NCBI RefSeq assembly: GCF_001194135.2
Contig: NC_068993.1
Span: 23,354,233 to 23,416,339 of the forward strand
DNA length: 62,107 nt
Reading direction: 5' to 3'
Origin: Octopus bimaculoides
Lineage: Eukaryota
Shown piece after piece: positions 51,914-62,107 of the stretch. Numbering within the stretch: the first letter of the stretch is position 1; the number at the start of each line of letters is the position of its first letter. The notes under the pieces were generated by a model. That model saw only the letters and a program-made list of their open reading frames with translations, was not told the origin of the DNA and made no database searches. Both the position numbers and the translations under genes were made by a program.

Positions 51914-52614
51914 TATATACATATATAAACATATATAGATAGATATAGATACATGTATATATGTACATACACATATATAGATGTATATACACAGGGATAT
52001 ATATATGTGTGTGTGTAGTATGATTATGTAACAGTTAAAGAAATGCAATGAGATATTTTCCTATATATTTCCAAGAAAATGTTCATGAGATTACTGGGAT
52101 TTCATTTCTCTCACTACAGACGTTGAGAGGCAAGGAATTCCAGCAACACGGTAACTTTTAAAGCACAGAAACTAGTGTATTTCCATTACTCTCTGTAATT
52201 CGAACAACCACATTCGAAAGGGAACAACAAACTATATATATAATAAAACTCCATTCTGCTTCATTTAAATTCATTGACAAAATCACAGCTTAAATACGAG
52301 AATATTCGAACTGAAATTCAATAAAAAGTATACCTCCTAGTAAATAAATAAATTAAAGCTCAGTAAGAATATGCGTCCCTCTTATAGGTAGCACATTCAA
52401 GTAATGTCGTAAGAAACAAAACAAGAAATATATCAGTAGAACAGACACGATGTGCGACTTAGATGATTATTGAATAATAATAAGGGCAACGAATGATTTT
52501 ATTTAAAAATCCTATGAAGGAAGATTCATTCACTTGATTACATATATTTTATTAATTTTCGGTTCTCAAAAGTTGCAATAAAAGTACAGAACATACAAAA
52601 TGTTTGGGATTTGT

Positions 52615-52650
<36 letters not shown>

Positions 52651-55107
52651 NNNNNNNNNNNNNNNNNNNNNNNNNNNNNNNNNNATATGTGCGTGTGTGT
52701 GTGTGTGTGTATATATATTGAAGGAAAGAAAATGGAGAGAATTGAAGGTTAAAATATGTTGAAAATTTCTCTCAAAAACCTTACAATACAAATAAATTGA
52801 TTATAAGATGAAAAGCTGAAAAAGAATTTTTAAAAACATATAATCCTGTAAATATTTATGAATGTAGATATAGGTACTGAAATATTACTCATGAAATCGA
52901 TGAAAAAATCATTAAGAATGCTACAAGAATAGAAACAAATATTTATAGAATATTAAGAAGTCCAATTCTAAAATTCGTTAGCACACGGATATTATGATCG
53001 CGGTTAAATTATCTCTGGAAATGCAATTGTGATTTTTCACAATACGTACCCCTATGAATTATTTTCATCAGAAAGCAATCGTCAGAGTATCTGGAGTATC
53101 ACAAGCGAATTTCATTTTGAATTAACATTTAGTTCAAAATTTCCGTTATTCATACAGCTTAGGCAGACACTTTTGGTTATGGCGTGGGAAATATTAGTGT
53201 CATTTATAAAGCAACCAATTACATAGAAATTACAATAGAATCCAAAATTCGTTCACTACTTCGCTGTTGAATCAAAATAAGTTCATTTCTCATTCAGCTT
53301 CTCTAATCAATCACTAATCCCGATAAGCTATATATCGAATGCTTTTATATCGATCAGCCATTTCCAATCTTTTAATTCAAATTCAGATTTCCTATTTCTA
53401 CCAGATTCTTCCGATCACATAATTAAAGACATACAAGACATACGCAGTGGGGAAATTTTGTCTTTGAAATTTAGTTTGGATCTAAAGAAATAAAGTACAA
53501 ATACTGTAACAGTGACAAGCATTACATGAAATATAGGTCAGCTTCCTCCTTCCTTCTTTTGAACTATTAACAAAAATAAGTATGTTTGCAAACTTTAAGA
53601 GGGAGCCTTATTTTAAATAGTAAGTGTTACAATTCTTCATTCCAGCGTCTTAGCTTTCCACAATTAAAATTTGTGATAATCCTTGAGATTGCTTTTTATT
53701 TCCTAAAAACCAATACTTTCGCAATTAACGACCTCTTATGTGTATTCGCGTTTTTCAAACTCATAACGTATAAAGAATCACTCACATTGAAAGATAAACA
53801 AGATTGTGTTTATGCACTATTTAAATACGGATCTATCGGAAACATAATACAGATTATGATTAAATATATTCTAAGGTGGCAGCTTTAAAAAATTGCAGCT
53901 CCATTTTCAATCGAATTCTGACAATTGGACTCCAGTCAGCTCAAAACGCTAGCAATAGATTTTTATTTTCCGTGGAAAAACAGTGTATATTCACAAAGAA
54001 ATATTTGTTCGGCCTACAAATCAGATTTATGACAAATCGAAGAAGTGTATCATAATCTTTCATTAAACAGAATCTGTTACATATGATACGGATCTGAGGG
54101 GGTGCACTGACCTAATTATAATGGATTTCTGATACCTATGTGAATCGAAGCTACCTAAAATATCTGTTCCATATTACTTGCCTCGAAATGGAATTCAATA
54201 TTTTATACGAAATAGTTACGTGGAAATAAAAAAAAACAATGCAAGCACTGGGGATTCTAATGTCATCATCTTTATATTCCGTAAGGAGAGAGATTAATTC
54301 GTGGGATTCTTCAGTCTCGTAAGGCGTACTGAAGAGAATTCATTTTCATACCAATAATTACACTTTTCACATGAGAGAAACACAAGTTAGTTACACCCAA
54401 CTATCGCTCTTCCTCTCATTATTTACTTATCTTTCTGCTTCTCCGTACACACACACGCACATGTATGTGAACAAGGAGGGGAATAGTGGGAGAGACATAG
54501 AGAGAGAAAAAAGAAAGAATTGGCACAAAGGAAAAGAGAAATGGCTTTCGATATTCTATTGAATATGTATAAATATATATATATAAAGCGCTTTTTACCT
54601 AATTTTGTAGGATTTTCAAATTCGAAAATCCTACAAGACAAGGTCAAAATCGCTTTATATGATTTATAAAACATGTGACATATTAATAAAAATCTGTAAA
54701 TGTACAACCATACANNNNNNNNNNATATATATATATATATATATACTTATATAGCATAACTGTAGAAATACATGCTAAAACTAATTATAAACTCATGAAA
54801 CTTGATAATAAATATGCTAATAAGTAAGGCAAATGTAAAAAATCCAGTAAAACGATAATTAATACTATTGATAAGGATATACTTGTAAATTCTTATAATA
54901 ACCGACATAATATAAATAATAAAGTAATATATTCTCCTTGCATAAATTCTGAGAAGCATAATATGGAGAATGAGTGTCAAACACTTTGTGGTGCATCATT
55001 CACTTTGCAAGTCAAATTAAAAATAACATAGTCAAATCCATTTACCGATCAACACAGAAGCATTTAAATAACGATAAATAGTATAGTGAAATTATCATTA
55101 ATTATAA

Positions 55108-55276
55108 ATCTATGAGTTGGCCATTCCCTATCAAAGAATTGTTTTTGCAATTATATGCTCAATTAATACTAGAAAACTAGATGCATTTTATAATGACCAT
55201 AAACCTAATCAAAATGGTGGTAGAGTTAATTACAATAATAGAAGACATATAGCCGATATTACCTCGCTTGCTAACC

Positions 55277-55316
<40 letters not shown>

Positions 55317-55770
55317 AAACAACTCTATAAATAATAACGTTAATATGGATTGTGATTGTAGCATTAAAGACAATACTACATTCAACAATAATTGTAAACA
55401 AGGTAACTTACTATGTAGGTGCGTAGTTAAATCTGATGGGAAGGAATTCCATTACATAGGTTCGACCGAAACTTCATTTAAACGAAGAATCGCACACCAC
55501 CTAAGTTTTTTTATAAATAGACGTAAAATTAATAATACTAGTCTCAGCAAATTTATATGGATGTTGAAGGATAATGGTGAAGGTGATATGGTTAAATGGG
55601 AGGTTGTAAACTATGCCATGGCTTATTATATTTCAAACAGAAAATGCCGCTCATGTACCGAAGAGATTTTTCAAATAATAAAATCTAAACACAAATTATT
55701 GAATTCTCGGAAAGAAAATATTTTAGCTTGTTGCCACTACTCAAAATATGCATTTAGAAAATTTAATTAA
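55108..55770 (+). mobile_element. Penelope-like element C-terminal GIY-YIG endonuclease (Naiad-like), open frame
   Basis: CDC..C..LLCRCVV..YIGSTETSFKRR..H..F..TSLSKFIWMLK..VKWEV..A..Y..RKCRSCTEE..LLNSRKE..CCH; matches the CxC/CxxC-bearing PLE endonuclease pattern; in-frame (AAT)n at ~55276-55313. Confidence 0.75.
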
Positions 55771-57034
55771 TTAGGAGAAAAATATTAATCTGAAAGTCGT
55801 TAGTGTAGACATACTATCACTACTCGGAATATGTCTTTAGAAATAAAAATTATGAGTATAAATAGGATATAGATTAAGTGGTAAAGATTTATGCATATAA
55901 CATCTAAACGTAAATTGATTGGCCTGGAGAAGATGCATATTTTATTTGTAGTGATTAACCTTAATATAATTTTCGAAAATCAATACATTTTTTAAATAGA
56001 CTATAATTGCAACGAAACACACTATTTTAATTTGTTATAATCACCATAGATATAATCTAGAAAATTGAATAAATCTATTAAACAGAAAACAAATTAAACC
56101 TAACATTAAAAACAGAGAAATAGTGTAATAACTATGGCTCAATTTAAAAATCAAACATAAATTAAAATAATTGGAAATAACAAATATAAATAACATATAA
56201 TATATTATATTATATAATGCTTGAATTTCATTTCAATAATAATAGATAACATGAACCTTGACCATCTATCGGAGAATATAACTACTTGTAATAATAGCAC
56301 AAATAAATAATTACTTGTAATAATAGCATAAATAAAAAATAATAATACATACTACTTTACATTATGTAATATTTACAGATATACTTAATAATAGTAATAA
56401 TAGTATTGAGCATTGACATCCACTAGTTAACCAAATAATATGATACATTTTCATTTTAATATAAATTTTAGGAAAATATAAATTAAATTTTAAGTATAAT
56501 TAGTATAACTCAGTATATCTGTACTTACAAACCTAACATAATATAATCGTAAATAACATACACCATGTTATGTTAGATTATGCAATACTTAAAAATCAGT
56601 TTAATAGTGGTGGTAACAAAAGAATGAGTATTGATCTCTATTAATTAACCGTATAACATTATACATTTTAGTTTAGATTAAAATACTATATATTTATGAA
56701 TGAAATCAAATTTGAGGAGGTAATACAGCAAATAAATCTACGTAATAATCATAAATGTATAGAGTAAGCCCAAATATGAATTTTACTTACACCATTCAAA
56801 CATATATCTAAATGCATAAATACATAGTCCTATAATATAATAACTAGTAACTAGTTATAAATATGATCATTAATATAATTACTTCCATAATCTTTCAGTA
56901 CCATGCATACACGCTTAAGGTTTTATGAAATAATTTAAGAACGAAATATGTATACACACACACATACACACACACACACATACTTATATATACACACACT
57001 AATAGATAATATATACGCATACACAGGCATCCAC

Positions 57035-57386
57035 GTATATAAATATAGAAACAGGCGCATATAAGACCGCAAAGGTATTAGACATACTTTTGTATCTAAA
57101 TATAGATGATATATAATTCATTGACCTCTCATCATAAAAAACGTATGCTTGAGAAGCAATATAATAACTCAGGAAGAAAACACAAACTCTTATGTATAGG
57201 CATATGTATATACGAGCACGCACACAGTATATAAATATAGAAACAGGCGCATATAAGACCGCAAAGGTATTAGACATACTTTTGTATCTAAATATAGATG
57301 ATATATAATTCATTGACCTCTCATCATAAAAAACGTATGCTTGAGAAGCAATATAATAACTCAGGAAGAAAACACAAACTCTTATG
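57035..57386. repeat. Tandem duplication, identical 160-bp cores with period 192 bp
   Basis: 57035-57194 equals 57227-57386 by eye; the second copy ends at an N gap. Confidence 0.9.
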
Positions 57387-57396
57387 NNNNNNNNNN

Positions 57397-57431
<35 letters not shown>

Positions 57432-58088
57432 CACACATATATACATGGATTGATTTCAGTTTATTTCAGTTTCATACATTCTATTTTATTTCTGCATTAT
57501 TTACTATGAATTTTTTCTATTTTTACTTATTATTTTTGTTTTCATTTTATTTTTGTTTTATCATTATTTTAATTCTAATGTTTTAATATTTTTATTTTCG
57601 TTTTTCTAATATTTTTTATATTCTACTTTTATATCATTTCATTTTTATGGTATATTTACTTTATTTCTGCTCACATATAAATCAAGGAATATACCTAAAG
57701 TAGTAAATTAGAAAGGAACATATATTCCAGTACACATACACATTAACGTACATATTGACATACATTCTTGTTGCGTATGTGTGAGTGTTTGTGTGTGTAT
57801 GTGTGTATATATGTGAATGCATGCATATATATGTGTGCGTGTGTATACTTGTATATATGTACGTAGGCGCTTATACCCACACACACGTGTACAAACATGG
57901 GTGTAAATTTTGTTCACTTTTACTTTATTTTACTCCAAGAAAAGAAAATTTATTTTCCTTTACTTTCTTTTATTCATTATATTACTTTACCCATACATGA
58001 TATAACCCATCATTCATGATTGTTACTATTATCATTATTGAATTCAAATAAAAGGAAAATTTTTCACGCATGCGTACACACACACACG

Positions 58089-58145
<57 letters not shown>

Positions 58146-59129
58146 NNNNNNNNNNNNNNNNNNNNNNNNNNNNNNNNNNNNNNNNNNNNNNNNNNNNNNN
58201 NNNNNNNNNNNNNNNNNNNNNNNNNNNNNNNNNNNNNNNNNNNNNNNNNNNNNNNNNNNNNNNNNNNNNNNNNNNNNNNNNNNNNNNNNNNNNNNNNNNN
58301 NNNNNNNNNNNNNNNNNNNNNNNNNNNNNNNNNNNNNNNNNNNNNNNNNNNNNNNNNNNNNNNNNNNNNNNNNNNNNNNNNNNNNNNNNNNNNNNNNNNN
58401 NNNNNNNNNNNNNNNNNNNNNNNNNNNNNNNNNNNNNNNNNNNNNNNNNNNNNNNNNNNNNNNNNNNNNNNNNNNNNNNNNNNNNNNNNNNNNNNNNNNN
58501 NNNNNNNNNNNNNNNNNNNNNNNNNNNNNNNNNNNNNNNNNNNNNNNNNNNNNNNNNNNNNNNNNNNNNNNNNNNNNNNNNNNNNNNNNNNNNNNNNNNN
58601 NNNNNNNNNNNNNNNNNNNNNNNNNNNNNNNNNNNNNNNNNNNNNNNNNNNNNNNNNNNNNNNNNNNNNNNNNNNNNNNNNNNNNNNNNNNNNNNNNNNN
58701 NNNNNNNNNNNNNNNNNNNNNNNNNNNNNNNNNNNNNNNNNNNNNNNNNNNNNNNNNNNNNNNNNNNNNNNNNNNNNNNNNNNNNNNNNNNNNNNNNNNN
58801 NNNNNNNNNNNNNNNNNNNNNNNNNNNNNNNNNNNNNNNNNNNNNNNNNNNNNNNNNNNNNNNNNNNNNNNNNNNNNNNNNNNNNNNNNNNNNNNNNNNN
58901 NNNNNNNNNNNNNNNNNNNNNNNNNNNNNNNNNNNNNNNNNNNNNNNNNNNNNNNNNNNNNNNNNNNNNNNNNNNTATATATATATAGGGAGAGCGAGAT
59001 AAATAGATAAGTAGATAGATAGATAGATAGATTTGTAGGATCCAAGGATTGAAGTGTAGGAAAGAGATAAGCTTCAAACACTCTGTAGAAAATATAAAAA
59101 ACAACTTTCAGGAAGAGTAGTGGTTCACT

Positions 59130-59390
59130 GGTCGGAAGGTTGGAAGGAGCCACTTCCGAGATTCCACTCGCTATGAAACATAAGTAGCCCGGATTTTATC
59201 TACTCCATTTGTTAGGTCTTGTATACCAGATATTGACATAAAAGTACAACACTTTATGGCAATCATGCATGGCATTGGCAGTAAGTTTTCTTCAGAGAGA
59301 ATGGTAATCCAGCCGAAAGATATAATACCTTGAAATATGGCAAATTGGAAAACCCCCAAATCATCTGAATAGACCATTAAAGGATAACGA
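59130..59390 (-). mobile_element. CR1/L2-like LINE C-terminal fragment, opposite orientation
   Basis: Minus strand MIWGFSNLPY..RLDYHSL*RKL.AN.MHD.HKVL resembles CR1-group RMIxGxSxLPYxxRL..LxLxSLxRRRL. Confidence 0.4.
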
Positions 59391-59399
59391 TCCTATCTC

Positions 59400-61095
59400 A
59401 AACAATCATTGGTCGAGATCGAAAATGAACTCAAACACTCCAACGAAAAGAAACTGGCAGAAAAAGAAGCCAAGGCAGTGAAAAATATTAGGACAAGCGC
59501 TAAAGCCTTCTGTAGATATGCAAAACAATCTGGTTCATTACGGTACAAAATAGAGCCACTGTTCGAAGAGAATAACTTGCTGACTGCATACTCCCAGATG
59601 ATCAGTGAAATACTGAATATCCAATACAAGAGTGTTTTCGCCACTCCATTTAGAAGTAGCTACGCCTGATGAGTTCTTCGGCTCCACAGCTCTACACAAT
59701 GAAATAGCAATTATTGATAGCATCAAAATAGAGGAAACTGATGTGATATCAACCATTGATGAAATGAGTCCTGATGGATCCCCAGCAATCCTCCTAAAGA
59801 AATGCAAAGGAGCTCTAGCAAAACCATTTCAGATTCACTTCCAGACCCTCTTCACAACAGAGAGACGTTCAAGGAAGGCATAATATGACCTATCCATAAG
59901 GGCCGGAACAGATGCTAAAGAATATAGACCTGTATTTCTAACCTTCCATGTCAGGAAAGTCTAATTGAAAAGAAACTAAGATAATGACTTGCTTCCTGAT
60001 ACTCAGCATGCTTTTCGCTCAGGAAGAAGCTGCTTTACACAACTTTTGCAGCATTATGACTGGGCGTTGAAACAAGTAATGAATCACTCAAACATGGATG
60101 TAATATACCTCGACTTTGCAAAGGCCTTTAATAAGGTTCATCATGGGATGATATGTCACAAACGACGGAGACTCGGCATAACCTGGAAAATCGGAGAGCG
60201 TTTACATGATTTCTTATAAGACTGAAGCCAGGCTGTAGCAGCTAAGGGAGTCCTCTCCAGCGAGACTGTAATAGAATGTGGAATGTCTCAGGGAACTGTA
60301 GTGGGGCCACTGCTTTCCATGGTGCCTCTTTCAAACATGACATCAGTTACACAGACATCGACAGTTACCAGCTATTCCGACGACACAAAAGTAGTACAAG
60401 CATTCAAGGATCTTTCTGATGCTACTCTTCTACAGAAAGACCTAGATGCCATATATAAATGAGATGAGGACAACATGCAATTTAATGCAAGGCCTCTGCT
60501 ACCAGATGATGTGTGCTCAGAAGTCGCTACAACGATATTTGAACCAAAATGAGCGGCAACCTCAGAATCGCATACAGTGTGTGATCTTGGAATTGATATG
60601 AGCAACGATGCCTCGTTTAACACACATATCACCAAGATGGTAGCAGTGTGCAGGCGAATAGCCGGATGAATTCTGAGAAACTTAAGATAAAGGGATCAGG
60701 AAACTATGCTGGTCTTATGGAAGACATTTGTCCCCAGCCGTCTGGACTACTGCTCTCAATTGTGGTAACCCTACAGAGTTGGATTAATAGCGAAACTTGA
60801 GGCGGTTCAGCGATGTTACACAAGGAGGATTGCATGAATGGAACTGCTGAGCTACTGGGAGAGAAAGAGAAAGAGCTACGATTCTACTCCCTGGAGCGAA
60901 GACGGGAGAGGTATGCAGTGATGTATGTGTGGAAGATAGTGGACTGGCTGACATCAAACATTGGAATTCAGTGTTATACCAGACCTCGAAATGGACGTCA
61001 CTGCACTGTTCCAAAGGTCTCAGCTGTGCCATCTAAGGTATGACCATATACTGCAACAACCTGGGATTCAAGAGCTCACAGCTATTTAAACAAAG
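59400..61095 (+). mobile_element. CR1-clade LINE ORF2 (RT and C-terminus), degenerate, truncated at both ends
   Basis: KAFCRYAK, DGSPAILLKKCK, YRPVFLT, QHAFRSGRSCFTQLL, DVIYLDFAKAFNKVHH, GMSQGTVVGPLL, SYSDDTK, LQKDLD, LDYCSQLW, YSLERRRERY. Confidence 0.93.
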
Positions 61096-61121
61096 AAACA
61101 GTTGTAAATGGAAGCAAACAT

Positions 61122-61164
<43 letters not shown>

Positions 61165-61174
61165 NNNNNNNNNN

Positions 61175-61217
<43 letters not shown>

Positions 61218-61981
61218 GTAAATAAAAATGACGATTATTGTAAATGTTATTGTTAAGACTAAATATAAAGAGTAGTGCCTTTGGCATTTTACAAAGCAAA
61301 GAGCGGAGTCGATGGATATAGTAGACCCTTGAAAAGAAATAGTGTTGTGAATGTATGAATACAGTGGCTTCATGGAAATTAACCAGGGACAGGAGTGATT
61401 TTCAACTCGAACAGACTTGAATATTGCCTCCTTTTCTGAAGATTTTTTAAATAAGACTACATACTGCAAGTCTAAAGGCTCCACAGTTTTACGTATGCTA
61501 CTATCGGTTTTCAACAATTAAATTCCTGCGATGCCTATGGAATTTTGTGTTATTTCCTACCTCTGTTAAACCATAAACCAACATTCTAAATACTTAAATG
61601 TTGCAATGTTCAAAAACATATGATAATAAGGAAGATATTGATATTATTAGTAATGAACATATTGATCTAACAATACGTACGTCGTATCCGTCAGGCTGCT
61701 GATGTTAGATGCAAACGTTTGCCGTTCATGGACTATGACCTTCTATTTTTCATCTTGTGTTTGCGTGGTTCTAAGTTGTACTTTGATGAATTTATAGTTC
61801 TCTTTAAACATGTTGATGGTTTCTCGGTTGACGACTTTAGTTTTTGTTTTTTATATATGATAAAATACATAGATATTGCGTGATGACACTTCATAGAGAT
61901 TCTAATAATAGGTAGGGCATTATTGAGGGGTTTCTGACTCATGGAGGTTTTGTTGGACGCACGCATAAAATCAGATGAGTA

Positions 61982-62031
<50 letters not shown>

Positions 62032-62107
62032 GTGACTTATTAGACATACATTAAATTTACGCATATATATGTAGACACGCGCGCGCACACACGCATGACA
62101 TATATAT

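Noticed and set aside
55914-55984. Hammerhead-like ATTGAT..CTGGAGA..GAAA-ATCAAT downstream of the Naiad-like ORF
   Set aside because: Core mismatch at a conserved A, no convincing stem II or III.
34-59153. Long ORFs in the track made of X, poly-HT/CV/YI/LSIY/S/T/L
   Set aside because: They arise from N gaps and microsatellites, not coding sequence.
59130-59400. Twin-priming 5' inversion of the CR1 at 59400
   Set aside because: The inverted piece reads better as the C-terminus of a different CR1-like LINE than as the upstream endonuclease of the same element.
1-62107. CRISPR arrays, rRNA, true tRNA genes, prokaryotic operons, protocadherin or C2H2 ZNF host exons
   Set aside because: No repeat-spacer array, no rRNA signature, tRNA-like heads lack a full cloverleaf and run into SINE bodies, and no cadherin or tandem ZNF motifs were seen.

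Overview
AT-rich eukaryotic scaffold window with many N gaps, nearly all flanked by microsatellites. The SINE set, the microsatellite load and the Dong/R4 and Penelope families resemble those I recall from octopus/coleoid genomes (inference, not database-verified). I cannot support any host protein-coding gene; most long ORFs in the track are microsatellite or N-gap artefacts. The window is a transposon graveyard: five Dong/R4-type LINE fragments associated with (TAA)n, a near full-length Chapaev3-like (CMC) DNA transposon, Penelope-like elements of two apparent clades, and RTE, Tx1/L1 and CR1 LINE fragments. It also holds a Helitron RepHel fragment, a long-TIR MITE and several tRNA-derived SINEs. 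Most notable: (1) a minimal type I hammerhead ribozyme whose predicted cleavage site coincides with the end of an inverted pLTR copy; (2) a decayed ~300-bp hammerhead-bounded tandem resembling a non-LTR retrozyme; (3) three Dong copies stacked head-to-tail in each other's (TAA)n tails; (4) two templated insertions inside the Chapaev element; (5) a tRNA-SINE head fused directly to a Dong fragment. All translations and alignments were done by eye.
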